Positions 16,810 to 26,952 of a stretch of DNA of 64,000 nt are shown piece after piece. Below the pieces are notes generated by a model, which saw only the letters and a list, made by a program, of their open reading frames with translations, was not told the origin of the DNA and did not search any database. A program made the translations under genes and the position numbers. The stretch lies in IMG/VR virus record IMGVR_UViG_3300030108_003057, positions 28,422 to 92,421 of that record; one strand, given 5' to 3'. The DNA is from a virus. The first letter of the stretch is position 1, and every line of letters begins with the position of its first letter.

Positions 16810-19194
16810 ATGTCTTGGCGTAATATTTTAAAGGATGAAGCAGTAGAAAATTTTGGTTCATCCAGTAGTAATATTATAGAAGATGTAGATAAAATTCTAT
16901 ATGATATTCTTGATGAACAAGTAAAAGAAATTAAAGATAAGTCTAAAGATTTTGAAAAACAATGGGATTCTGCTACTGCAAAGATACCCGGAGTCAAAGG
17001 AAATGTCGGTGGAAAATTTATATCAGAAATATATGAACAGACACTAATGAATTCGATGAATTATTTTATAAATAAAAGAAGGTCAGACGTTTATATGGGT
17101 ATATATAACGCTATAAAAAGTAATACTGCTATTCCACTAGTTAATGATTTCGATAATGAAACATTTAAAGCAAATGTAAGTGTTTCACCGTTAGATTATT
17201 TTAGTGCTTTAATGCTTAAACCAGAATCTGACGATGATAGTGGGTTAGGTAACCTATTCGATAGGATGAAAGTAGATAGTTCGTCTTGGGATAGTACAAG
17301 AAGTATATTTAGGAGTAGATTAATAAAAATTATAGATAAAAATACAGCGAATCATAAAATGAAAATATTTGAACCCAGTGAAAAAGGACCGTCAGAAAGC
17401 ACACTTTTACCAAACGCCTCTATGTTTATGAATTTAGAAGGTAGAGATAGAAATATACTCTATGCTAAAGTTCCAATTGACGGCGCCCCTCCCGCTACTT
17501 TTAAAATATCCTTACGAGAATTCTTAGTAATGCTAATAAATGTAAATAAAAACGAGATTGTTGAAACATATCGACTCTTTCTAAATTTAGTTAGTAGGGT
17601 TAATGAAAAACTTAAGTCTTTTTGGGGAGTAGATAAAGATTATATGCTAAGTGGTGGAAGAGATATAGAATATGAAGAAGCGAACACTTTCTTTGGATTT
17701 TCTCCAGAAGAATTAGGTGAAGGTATTGAAAGAACATTGGTAAGCGGAGTAGTAAGGGCGCAAAAAAATATTAATGATACTGTTAAAAATCTAAAGCAGA
17801 TAGAAGTTGTTGGTGAATCCACCGCAAAATATGATAAAAGATTATACACATATGGGGAACTTGGGGCAACTCCACCAGAAGGTAAAACTGCAAAAGATAT
17901 TGTTGAAACATTTACTGATAAGACTAAAAAATTAACACAGCGAGAAATAAAACAACGAGATGACGTTGATTTAACAGGTTTAAATATAATGCAGGGCGAC
18001 AAGAAAATAGGAATATTACTTTATAAAATAGTAATTCCAGTTAAAAGAGGGGAAGATATATCAAAGTTCTTATCGAGTAAGGAAAGGCAAATGATAGATT
18101 ATCCTAGTCTATATGCGAGTGCATTCATGGAGCGAGTGTCGGGTCTACGTGGCGGTAGAGCAGGTCGAGTAATGCCTGTTATATTTATTGGTACCGTGGC
18201 AGAAGACAGCAACAAACGTAATAGAACTATAGAGTCTTATGTTGAAGCACCTTCTATTAAAACAATTGGTAGAATTTTTACAGAACCAGAATCCTATAAT
18301 TATCCTACTCCATCAGAATTAGTCGCTACGGGTTTTGCATCAGATACTGTAACAGATTTCTTACCTAGCGTAACGTCCAGTGAATTTGCTAGATTAGTAT
18401 ATCATGAACCTTCTGAAAGAAACTTTATAGAATATAAATTTACTATACCGTTGATAGAGTTTGGAAATGCAAAGATTAATTATAGAACCCTAGAAGATAC
18501 GATGGAAGATGGTCTTATATCATTTAAAAATTATTTAATCCAAAATAATTTACTAAAACAAGAAAATGCCTTCAGAATAACTGAGGATATAACGGTGGAT
18601 TTTATGAGATACTATAGAGGAACAATTAACAATTTATCAGGTGTCGGTACCATTTATAATCATGTAAACCACTATCTAGGGTGGCAAAATCGTAGTTTTG
18701 AAGGAACAGAAACTTTATTTCAGATGGGTGATAAGTATAATATAGACATTGTAAAATTACTTACCTTATCAGGACTCAAAGTAAAGAAATTTGAATGTAA
18801 AATTTTCTTAGATGTGTTTGGTGCTATGAGGTCAAGGGGAGAAAAAGGACAACGTACTAGGAGTTCACAATATGGTGATTATACAGTATCTTTAGGTCAA
18901 CCACATCTTTGTTTTTATAGCGACTTAAAAAGTGGTAAGATTTATCCAGAAACAGGCGGCGGAGATGTATGTATAGTTTTATCGTCTAATGTACCTGTTG
19001 CTGATGCAGTAGGCCCCATAAGTTTACAATTATTACAGTTAGTTAATATATTAGAAGATTTTTCAAAAGAATTTGATATTAGAAAATTTACACAATTAAA
19101 ACCGATGGGTATACAAAGTGACTTGTCTGGAAAATTTGCTAGTATAATAGGTAATTCTGAAGTGAAACCAGTTGGTGACGTTAAGGTGGTTTAA
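16810..19194 (+). CDS. Large hypothetical protein with N-terminal MSWRNILK tag
   Basis: ORF 16792..19194; CTTTATAT TATA at about 16772; tag start at 16810. Confidence 0.8.
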   Translation: MSWRNILKDEAVENFGSSSSNIIEDVDKILYDILDEQVKEIKDKSKDFEKQWDSATAKIPGVKGNVGGKFISEIYEQTLMNSMNYFINKRRSDVYMGIYNAIKSNTAIPLVNDFDNETFKANVSVSPLDYFSALMLKPESDDDSGLGNLFDRMKVDSSSWDSTRSIFRSRLIKIIDKNTANHKMKIFEPSEKGPSESTLLPNASMFMNLEGRDRNILYAKVPIDGAPPATFKISLREFLVMLINVNKNEIVETYRLFLNLVSRVNEKLKSFWGVDKDYMLSGGRDIEYEEANTFFGFSPEELGEGIERTLVSGVVRAQKNINDTVKNLKQIEVVGESTAKYDKRLYTYGELGATPPEGKTAKDIVETFTDKTKKLTQREIKQRDDVDLTGLNIMQGDKKIGILLYKIVIPVKRGEDISKFLSSKERQMIDYPSLYASAFMERVSGLRGGRAGRVMPVIFIGTVAEDSNKRNRTIESYVEAPSIKTIGRIFTEPESYNYPTPSELVATGFASDTVTDFLPSVTSSEFARLVYHEPSERNFIEYKFTIPLIEFGNAKINYRTLEDTMEDGLISFKNYLIQNNLLKQENAFRITEDITVDFMRYYRGTINNLSGVGTIYNHVNHYLGWQNRSFEGTETLFQMGDKYNIDIVKLLTLSGLKVKKFECKIFLDVFGAMRSRGEKGQRTRSSQYGDYTVSLGQPHLCFYSDLKSGKIYPETGGGDVCIVLSSNVPVADAVGPISLQLLQLVNILEDFSKEFDIRKFTQLKPMGIQSDLSGKFASIIGNSEVKPVGDVKVV

Positions 19195-19195
19195 T

Positions 19196-19747
19196 ATGTG
19201 GTGGGATATAATTAAGTCGGATGACCTGCATAAAGATTTTAAATTTAGACAAGGTAAACCTTGGAGAGTAAGATTTTTAATGTGGGCGGGTAATAAAATT
19301 AATCATCTTCTTGGTGGTCCACCTAAACAATTTCTTATGTTAGGTGGTTATCAACCAAAAACCGGAGAGGCAGATGCATATTTAGATGATATAAAAGAGT
19401 ATCGTAAAAGATATGGTGGGACATATACAGAAATAATAACAGACATATTAACTCACGAATATGTTCATAAAGTATTAACCGAAGACCCCGAAATAAATAA
19501 ACTATTAAAACCATATAGAAAACATAGATTTGACCCTTTGGCTGTTTCTGCTCAAGAATGGGCAGCAAACCAAATGTCTACTACTAGTGAATTACAAGCA
19601 TTATATAATTTATTACAACACCCAGCAGTTCCACAATCTACAAAAATCAGGGCTGAAGAAAAAATAGACAGGGTATATACAATTAAAGAAAAAGTAGAAG
19701 ATGAGGTAGAGACATTCCTACAAGAAAACCCAGTGGAGGAACAATAA
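19196..19747 (+). CDS. Tagged (MWWDIIK) HExxH zincin-like protein
   Basis: LTHEYVH plus downstream AQEWAAN third-ligand-like Glu. Confidence 0.6.
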   Translation: MWWDIIKSDDLHKDFKFRQGKPWRVRFLMWAGNKINHLLGGPPKQFLMLGGYQPKTGEADAYLDDIKEYRKRYGGTYTEIITDILTHEYVHKVLTEDPEINKLLKPYRKHRFDPLAVSAQEWAANQMSTTSELQALYNLLQHPAVPQSTKIRAEEKIDRVYTIKEKVEDEVETFLQENPVEEQ

Positions 19748-20586
19748 TGTGGTGGGATATAATTAAATCAAAATGGGTAGATAATCTATCCGAGAAAAAG
19801 AAAAAGATATTAGAACATAAACCATCTTTTGAAGTAGATGTTCCTAAAATGTCTTACCCTGATGATGAAAAGGAAATAAAGGAAGTCATTAAAATTATGA
19901 AAGATAAACCAGTCCCTAAAAAAATAATGGATAAAAATGATAAGGATGCCGATACATTGATGTATGGTATTGTAGGTGCGAAAGCCGCAGACTATAAAGA
20001 TTTTAAAATGGATTTAGACTCTTATGTTATGCAAGAGAAAATGAAATATGAAAGACCTAGACCAAATGAAAGTTCTAAGTTAAGTGAAACTAAAACCAAA
20101 ACAGATGATACTCCGGCTTTTCCGTCGGGTCATGCTACTTTAGTATATGCTTTAGAAAAAATATTGGGTGCAAAACATCCTAATAAATCTGATGAATTAA
20201 GTAAGATGGCGGAAATGTTAGCATTGGCTAGAGTTCAAATGGGTTCTCATTATCCTTCTGATATTGAGGCAGGTAAAAAATTAGGTTATCTTATTGCTAA
20301 AGAATATTTAAAAATTAATAAGGCTAAAATAAAAGCACATATGCCCACACTAAGACAGGCTCTAAAAGAAATAGACCTACCTGAAAGATTTACCTTAGCG
20401 GAAATTAAACAACCGTTAAGAGAAAAATATATTGAGTTAAGACAAGATGAGGTAGACGGCTATCAATTAAGAAGAGAATTAGCAAAATTAGATAGAAGTC
20501 ATGTTTCTATTGTTCCTAGAATTCTAAATAGTATGCGTATTTATTCTAATGAAACTCGTGGCGGTCTTGCATTATTTAGAAGGTGA
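19747..20586 (+). CDS. Tagged (MWWDIIK) PAP2/haloperoxidase-superfamily phosphatase with a C-terminal helical (possible wHTH) domain
   Basis: K.KYERPRP, PAFPSGHA, ARVQMGSHYPSDI = the three PAP2 motifs. Confidence 0.8.
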   Translation: MWWDIIKSKWVDNLSEKKKKILEHKPSFEVDVPKMSYPDDEKEIKEVIKIMKDKPVPKKIMDKNDKDADTLMYGIVGAKAADYKDFKMDLDSYVMQEKMKYERPRPNESSKLSETKTKTDDTPAFPSGHATLVYALEKILGAKHPNKSDELSKMAEMLALARVQMGSHYPSDIEAGKKLGYLIAKEYLKINKAKIKAHMPTLRQALKEIDLPERFTLAEIKQPLREKYIELRQDEVDGYQLRRELAKLDRSHVSIVPRILNSMRIYSNETRGGLALFRR

Positions 20587-20590
20587 AGTA

Positions 20591-21820
20591 ATGAATTGGA
20601 AAAATATTATATCTAAGGACGAGGACACAGAAGTTTTAGATGAAGGGTTGGTTAATAAAATAAAAACTGAAATACTACCTAACTTAAAAGAAATGATTGA
20701 CGTCCTAGGTATATCAAAAGATTTAATAACATTACATAGGATTATTAATTCTGCCGAGGCTACAATTAGTAATATTCAAGGTAAAACTGAACAGGAAATT
20801 GATGAAATGTCTAAAAGCGGATATTTTCAGTTTTTAAAAACTTTACCAACTAATTATATGTATAATACATTTGTAAACGCAGATGCTGTAATAACTAATG
20901 CTTTACTTCAATATGAAGAACTACGGCCAAATTCTATTGATAGAATAGCAAATGCGTTAGAAAGAAATATAGATATGGCTAAAAAATTTATAAATTTAGC
21001 GGCTGCTATGCAAATTAAAGTTGATTGGGTGGATAATCAATTTAGACTATCGGTAGGTGATTATTTTAAGGACGTGAGTATAGAAACAATATTTGATGAA
21101 TCAGGGCCAGAATTTGTATACGAATGTAATCTTATTCGTGTTCGTGATAGACCAAGAGACGTAATCTGTTTACAGCAAGGTTCGGAAAGTAGAGCAACCG
21201 GTTTTGATATGGAGTTAAGTTCGATGGCAACAATCTCAGCAGCACTTAAAACAAACTTGGGTAATACTTTAGGTGATATTGGACACTGGATAGATTACTG
21301 GATTTATTTAACCAGTAAAGGATTTCAAGTAGATGCTTGGGAACAAGAAGATAATCCGGATATTACAAGACTAATTTTTGATAAGTCAATTGATGCAGAA
21401 AGATTTAGAAGATGGAAAATGGAACCCTTTCATAAAAAATATGATAAATCATCTAGACCTTTTAATAGAAGAAGAGGCCAAACAAATGACGTAATATTTC
21501 CTAAAGCAATAGAATATTATGATGATAAAATGTATATTCCATATGCGCGAGATTATAATGAAATAGATGTAAGTAATTGGGGTCTAAGTGTTAAAGAACA
21601 TGTTGCTAAATTTGGAGACATAGATAGTAATGAATATAAAGATTTTAGTAATTTTAAACTTTGGAGAGAACCAGAGCCTGAACCAGAAATAGTAGACGCA
21701 GAAATAGTAGACGAAGACGATGAAAGAATTAATCAAGAAGTAGATGAATTAATAGATGTCTATAATAGACGAAGAGATGATGATGATAATGATTTTAACC
21801 CAGCAGCGGCAAACGCATAA
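20591..21820 (+). CDS. Tagged (MNWKNIISK) hypothetical protein
   Basis: ORF 20549..21820; GGTGA RBS before ATG 20591. Confidence 0.75.
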   Translation: MNWKNIISKDEDTEVLDEGLVNKIKTEILPNLKEMIDVLGISKDLITLHRIINSAEATISNIQGKTEQEIDEMSKSGYFQFLKTLPTNYMYNTFVNADAVITNALLQYEELRPNSIDRIANALERNIDMAKKFINLAAAMQIKVDWVDNQFRLSVGDYFKDVSIETIFDESGPEFVYECNLIRVRDRPRDVICLQQGSESRATGFDMELSSMATISAALKTNLGNTLGDIGHWIDYWIYLTSKGFQVDAWEQEDNPDITRLIFDKSIDAERFRRWKMEPFHKKYDKSSRPFNRRRGQTNDVIFPKAIEYYDDKMYIPYARDYNEIDVSNWGLSVKEHVAKFGDIDSNEYKDFSNFKLWREPEPEPEIVDAEIVDEDDERINQEVDELIDVYNRRRDDDDNDFNPAAANA

Positions 21821-21877
21821 TTAGAAATGTTTATTAATAAATAAGCATTACATTAGTAATGTTAATAAGACTATGAA

Positions 21878-23536
21878 GTGTTTAACATGGCTAAGAAAAA
21901 AGATGATTTAGATGACCTTGTAGAAAAAGCAAAGGTTTTAGCAGAAGCAACCGGTAGAGAGGAAGCAGATATATTAGCCGATTTAATGGATGATGGCGTA
22001 TTAAATGATTCACATAAAGAAACTGAAAAAACAGATTTAGTAACACAACTAAAAGAAGCAGCAGAATTAATTAATACAGTTCAAGCAATTAATCAAGAAG
22101 TTTCTGAAAATAAAGTGCTTAACGGTAATGGTAATAGTACTAAGGTTGAAGTAGATACAACTCTTGAAGGAGATATTGTAGATAGAGCAATTGAATCCGT
22201 ACAACGTAAAGCAGAAAATATTAAAAAGATTATTATTCTTGTTGCTCCTTTATTCTTATTAGTAGGTGGCGGCGGTTCTTTAGAAATGTTTGGAATTACT
22301 GACTTTGTTGGTGATGATGAACCTGATGATTATTACCCTGATGATACTTTTTATGAGATTTGGGGATGCACCGATTATAATGCAGATAATTACGACGAAT
22401 ATGCTAACATGGATGACGGTTCTTGTTCTTATCCTGTATATGGTTGTATGAATAATGCTGCCCCAAATTATAATCCCAATGCAACAGTAGAAGATGGTTC
22501 ATGTACTCGCGGTGGTTGTACTGACCCCGAAGCAGAAAACTATGATAATAATGCTAATGAAGATGATGGAAGTTGCGAATATTATGTAGAACCTATTTAT
22601 GGTTGTACTGATTCAGAAGCAAATAATTATCAAAGTGAAGCAGAAGAAGATGACGGTTCATGTACTTATGACCCAGAACCAGTTTATGGTTGTACTGATG
22701 ATTCTGCTAATAACTATAATCCCGAAGCAACAGAAGATGATAATACTTGTGATTACGACCCTGAACCTATTTATGGTTGTATGGATGATAGCGCAAATAA
22801 TTATAATTCAGATGCTACCGTAGATGATGAGTCATGTGAATATGACCCAGAACTAGAATGCGAAGTAGAAATTACTAATCATTATAGAGGTCATGTTCAA
22901 TCAGATGCAGAACAAGATGCAATATTAATTGCTTTTAGAATTGTTCCAACAAATTGTGAAGAAGAAATTTTAGAAATAGATATAGATATGCACCCACCCG
23001 GAGAAGATGACGAAGTAGATTATACTCACTTTGTACAAGTTAATGGTAGTGAACCAACAGATGTTTCTCATACTTTTGATAACGTAGCAGTAGGTGTTTG
23101 GGTTCCTAGAATTACTGCGGCAATTGATGATGAACAAATAGAAAGAATTTGGATGTGGTCAATAGAGGTAGTGGAGCAGGTTTGTGAAATTAATTTATAT
23201 GGTATTAATTTTGGAACAAACAATACTTCGGCAGTTGTGTTTTATGACCTTGATTGTGGAACAGAAGAAAATGACTTAGACGGGTATAACGTATCTGTGC
23301 AGTTTCTTGTGTATTCTGTAAACTCAACAAATAATACTAACCCTCCTATTGAATTTAATACCACAACACATTATATTCAGGGTTATGCAGATGACCCACG
23401 TATGCTTAGGTTAAGTAATTTTACTGACGGGAATACTACTATATACGACTTTTATTGGTATGTTACTTGGGAAGATGCTGATGGCGAAGTACAATATATT
23501 GAACGTACTTGGTTAAATAGGGAATTAGTTGCGTGA
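21878..23536 (+). CDS. Membrane-anchored acidic protein with six GCTDxxAxNY...DDGSC repeats
   Basis: TM segment IIILVAPLFLLVGGGG; six Cys/Asp-rich repeats at about 22360-22845. Confidence 0.8.
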   Translation: MFNMAKKKDDLDDLVEKAKVLAEATGREEADILADLMDDGVLNDSHKETEKTDLVTQLKEAAELINTVQAINQEVSENKVLNGNGNSTKVEVDTTLEGDIVDRAIESVQRKAENIKKIIILVAPLFLLVGGGGSLEMFGITDFVGDDEPDDYYPDDTFYEIWGCTDYNADNYDEYANMDDGSCSYPVYGCMNNAAPNYNPNATVEDGSCTRGGCTDPEAENYDNNANEDDGSCEYYVEPIYGCTDSEANNYQSEAEEDDGSCTYDPEPVYGCTDDSANNYNPEATEDDNTCDYDPEPIYGCMDDSANNYNSDATVDDESCEYDPELECEVEITNHYRGHVQSDAEQDAILIAFRIVPTNCEEEILEIDIDMHPPGEDDEVDYTHFVQVNGSEPTDVSHTFDNVAVGVWVPRITAAIDDEQIERIWMWSIEVVEQVCEINLYGINFGTNNTSAVVFYDLDCGTEENDLDGYNVSVQFLVYSVNSTNNTNPPIEFNTTTHYIQGYADDPRMLRLSNFTDGNTTIYDFYWYVTWEDADGEVQYIERTWLNRELVA

Positions 23537-23541
23537 TTAAT

Positions 23542-24090
23542 ATGGGATGGTTTGATATATTAAAGAAATTAACTCGTGATGAAATGGGTCAAGTTAGACC
23601 ATATATTAAGGATGAGTTAGAAGAAGGTAAAAAGAGAATAAGAAGTGTCCGTAATCGGTATCGCTATAAATTAGGTAGGGAGCCAACAGAAGAGGAATTA
23701 CGAGAAGAATTATCTAAACCTCCTAAAGTTAAAAGACCGAGAGGCGGGCAGCGTAAAATGCGACCTAAGATTAGGGACCACCCCGCATATAGAAGATTAA
23801 TAGCACGGTTTAGACGAGAGGGCCAAAACAGAGTACCCACCGAAGAAGAATTACGACAAGAAATATCTAATCCAACAAAACTTTTAGCAGGAAGACAAAA
23901 AAGAGTGCCGCCACAACGAGCAGAAAGATTTGAATTATTTGATAATATTAAATTATATTTAGAATCTCAAAATATAACCCCTACTGTTATGAACATTTTA
24001 GAAGAACTTAGTGATTCCGATAAAACTAATCGTGAAAAAGATATAAATGATATTGGTGAATATTTAAGAACACAGAGGATGAGTGATTAA
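23542..24090 (+). CDS. Tagged (MGWFDILK) basic protein with two PTEEELRxE repeats
   Basis: REPTEEELREELSKP and RVPTEEELRQEISNP. Confidence 0.7.
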   Translation: MGWFDILKKLTRDEMGQVRPYIKDELEEGKKRIRSVRNRYRYKLGREPTEEELREELSKPPKVKRPRGGQRKMRPKIRDHPAYRRLIARFRREGQNRVPTEEELRQEISNPTKLLAGRQKRVPPQRAERFELFDNIKLYLESQNITPTVMNILEELSDSDKTNREKDINDIGEYLRTQRMSD

Positions 24091-24091
24091 T

Positions 24092-24388
24092 ATGCCAATA
24101 AGAAAAGTTAAAGGTGGATATAAGTGGGGCAAATCTGGTAAAGTTTATCCTACTCGCAAACAAGCAGAAAAACAAGCAGCCGCTGCCTATGCTTCTGGTT
24201 ATAAAAAATCAGAAGAACGTGGTGAATGGTTTAATACTCTTAAAGCAAAAAAGAAGAAAACAAAAAAGGATGCTTGTTATCATAAAGTAAGAAGTAGATA
24301 TGATGTTTGGCCTTCTGCTTATGCTTCTGGTGCTTTAGTTCAATGTCGAAAAGTCGGCGCAAAAAACTGGGGGAAGAATAAGAAATGA
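24092..24388 (+). CDS. Basic two-module protein with an internal tag (EWFNTLK)
   Basis: MPIRKVKGGYKWG... module plus DACYHKVRSRYDVWPSAYASGALVQCRK module. Confidence 0.7.
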   Translation: MPIRKVKGGYKWGKSGKVYPTRKQAEKQAAAAYASGYKKSEERGEWFNTLKAKKKKTKKDACYHKVRSRYDVWPSAYASGALVQCRKVGAKNWGKNKK

Positions 24389-24582
24389 GTTGGCGCGATG
24401 AAATTAAAAGGTACGAAGGTGATAATGAACTAGTTACTATTTTAGGACAGTTTGCTTTTAATATAGAAGAAGTAATCAAAGAACTAAAGAAACCTAAACC
24501 AAATGTTAGAGAACTAATTAATAAATTAGAGTACGATTTAGATATTACTGTAACAGAACTAAGGTCTGAAATGGAGAAATAA
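24385..24582 (+). CDS. Tagged (MSWRDEIK) small protein
   Basis: ATGA overlap; tag. Confidence 0.65.
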   Translation: MSWRDEIKRYEGDNELVTILGQFAFNIEEVIKELKKPKPNVRELINKLEYDLDITVTELRSEMEK

Positions 24583-24584
24583 AT

Positions 24585-24839
24585 ATGACTTGGGAAGATA
24601 TTTTAATTAAAGATTGGGTATCTTGTGCTTCATGTACTGATGATAAACCCGGAACAGAACCTTGTGGGAGAAAAGATGCTTCTAAAGGAACTAAACGTAG
24701 ATGCCGACCAACTTGTTCTGCTTGTAAAGATTATAAACGTAGAGCAGGTAAAAGAGGTAAATCAAAAAGAAGAAAAGCCGGAACGTTTAAATTAGAACAA
24801 GACCAAGGGTTACACGGTTGGTTTAAGAGGAGAGGATAA
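24585..24839 (+). CDS. Tagged (MTWEDILIK) Cys-rich basic protein
   Basis: CASC, PCGR, CRPTCSAC. Confidence 0.65.
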   Translation: MTWEDILIKDWVSCASCTDDKPGTEPCGRKDASKGTKRRCRPTCSACKDYKRRAGKRGKSKRRKAGTFKLEQDQGLHGWFKRRG

Positions 24840-24840
24840 T

Positions 24841-25041
24841 ATGAGTTGGTTCGACGTTATTAAATCTGATAAAGTAATTGAAGATAAAATTATTGCTGAG
24901 TTCAAAAAAGAAGGAGGTGCTTTAGGTATGAAAAATCTCAAAGCAATTGCACCACCTAAAGAACTTAATAGAGTATTAGATGCTATGAAGCGCAGAAAAT
25001 TAATTTATGTACATGAGCATGGCGACTTAATTATGAGGTGA
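24841..25041 (+). CDS. Tagged (MSWFDVIK) small possible wHTH protein
   Basis: Tag; helix-helix-wing pattern. Confidence 0.65.
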   Translation: MSWFDVIKSDKVIEDKIIAEFKKEGGALGMKNLKAIAPPKELNRVLDAMKRRKLIYVHEHGDLIMR

Positions 25042-25045
25042 ATAA

Positions 25046-25333
25046 ATGAGTTGGTTTACTGTTCTTAAAAAGGACAAAAAAGATATGCGTGTAGGTCGCG
25101 TATATCCCAGTGATAGAGCAGGTAAAAAAATTATGATGTTAACTCATGAAGGTAAAAAGATTCACGCCGGAGCAAAAGGTTATGGTAACTATAAACGTTC
25201 TGGTAAAAATAGAGGCGGTGGAACTCATCGTAGTAAAAAACGACGTAAGAGTTTTAGAGCAAGACATAAATGCCATGAGTGTAAAGGACGCATTACTACA
25301 CCACGTTGTTTAGCCTGTAAAAAGTTGTGGTGA
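25046..25333 (+). CDS. Tagged (MSWFTVLK) very basic protein with RRKSFRARHKC motif
   Basis: Tag; K/R-rich; C-terminal Cys cluster. Confidence 0.7.
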   Translation: MSWFTVLKKDKKDMRVGRVYPSDRAGKKIMMLTHEGKKIHAGAKGYGNYKRSGKNRGGGTHRSKKRRKSFRARHKCHECKGRITTPRCLACKKLW

Positions 25334-25337
25334 TAAT

Positions 25338-25676
25338 TTGTGGAAAAATATTCTTAAGGCAGAACCGGCAAAAGGTACGGGTAAAAAACCAAAAGGTTCT
25401 AGCAGAAGATTATACACTGATGAAAACCCAAAAGATACAGTACCTGTAAAATTTAGAACTGCTGAAGATGTTAGAAATACTTTTGCCAGTGCAGCGTTTA
25501 AATCTAAACCACATAAAAGACAATCACAAATAATTAATTTAGTTGAACAACGCGCAAGAGTTGCGGCGAGAAGGGCTAAAGACCCAGAAGCAAAAAAACG
25601 TTTACGTTCAGCACACAAAGTCGCATTGGCTAGAAAAGAATCAAGTAAAAGAAAAACTGAGAGGATGAATAAATGA
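25338..25676 (+). CDS. Tagged (MWKNILK) basic protein with GTGKKPKGSSRRLYTDENP motif
   Basis: TTG start after GGTGA; tag. Confidence 0.7.
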   Translation: MWKNILKAEPAKGTGKKPKGSSRRLYTDENPKDTVPVKFRTAEDVRNTFASAAFKSKPHKRQSQIINLVEQRARVAARRAKDPEAKKRLRSAHKVALARKESSKRKTERMNK

Positions 25677-26146
25677 CTTGGCAAAATATTATTAAACAAT
25701 CTTTTATTGTTAAGATAAATTTTCCAGAAGCAGACTTTTGGCTACAGACAAGAGGTACAGAAGATAATGTCGGCAAACCTTTAAAACAATTTTCTCCAGT
25801 TCAAGGTAAATATAATTTTGGAATTAAAGTTCCAGAAGGAATGAATAAAGCCTATGTGTATAAACAATTAGCGGACTTATATAGAAACGGTTATTGGAAA
25901 ATTAATTCTTATGGTACTTTAAATTTACAACACATACGTAAGAATGATATTATTAAAGTATTAGATAATATGGAAGATAAAAAAGATTATAAAGATGAAA
26001 CATCTGATAAATTTCAAGACCTATATAACAATTGGTTAAATCAATCAAAAAATATAGGTATGTTATTAGAAGGTCACAGTTCAGAATTAGTTCGTGAAGG
26101 TAGAGAGATAAGAAGATTTATTAAAAAATTGGAGGACATGAGATGA
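25673..26146 (+). CDS. Tagged (MTWQNIIK) hypothetical protein
   Basis: Tag; ADFWLQTRG...GTLNLQHI core. Confidence 0.7.
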   Translation: MTWQNIIKQSFIVKINFPEADFWLQTRGTEDNVGKPLKQFSPVQGKYNFGIKVPEGMNKAYVYKQLADLYRNGYWKINSYGTLNLQHIRKNDIIKVLDNMEDKKDYKDETSDKFQDLYNNWLNQSKNIGMLLEGHSSELVREGREIRRFIKKLEDMR

Positions 26147-26952
26147 GTTGGTTTTACGGTATTATTAGAAAGGCTGAAGAAGTTGTATTGGCAACAAGAT
26201 TAGCACAATTACCAGATGAATTACAACAAATGATAAGAACTAGAGAAGGTGAAGGTTATCATCTTGGGGCTTATGTTCCAGCAGAAGATACAACATACAT
26301 ATATTTACCTGATTTTAAACGCGCGATTGATGAGAAAAGAGAGGGAGTTATGCGAGGAAGACTAGGTGAAGATGCGAGTTTCGCTCAGATGTCTGATGAA
26401 AGATTTGAGAGAATATTTATGAATAAATTTCTTGATACATTAGAGCACGAAAGTCTACACAGTGCTATGGATAAAGAAATTAAAGAATGGGTTAAAGGAG
26501 AGGTAGACAGTTTTAACGAACAAATAACGATGAGAGTTTTACGCAGATTCGTAGAAAGAAGTGATAACCCAGATAGTTTATTTAATAGAACAAATTTACG
26601 AAATATAGCAATACCTAGACTAACAGAAATATTAACGGTGTCTGCAACAAACTTAGTACACGAAATATTAGTTAGGATGCTATTACAAAGAGATTCTGCG
26701 CTAAGTTCAAATCAATTAAAAGAATATGTTATGATGTATTCTAAAGTTATAGTAAATGAAATAAGAGATATGGTTACGAACTTACCGGCAAATGCTTCAA
26801 TAGAAGATGATGTAAACCAATTTTATCAAATGGTATTATCACTAATGAGTGGATTTTGGTCGGAATATATGAAAGTATATTATGATTTTAGTTTAGACTA
26901 TACTTCAGGGGTTATAGTAGAGACTATAAACGAAGCGTTAGATGAACTATAA
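26143..26952 (+). CDS. Tagged (MSWFYGIIRK) HExxH zincin-like protein
   Basis: LGAYVP..DTTYIYL strand plus LEHESLH. Confidence 0.6.
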   Translation: MSWFYGIIRKAEEVVLATRLAQLPDELQQMIRTREGEGYHLGAYVPAEDTTYIYLPDFKRAIDEKREGVMRGRLGEDASFAQMSDERFERIFMNKFLDTLEHESLHSAMDKEIKEWVKGEVDSFNEQITMRVLRRFVERSDNPDSLFNRTNLRNIAIPRLTEILTVSATNLVHEILVRMLLQRDSALSSNQLKEYVMMYSKVIVNEIRDMVTNLPANASIEDDVNQFYQMVLSLMSGFWSEYMKVYYDFSLDYTSGVIVETINEALDEL

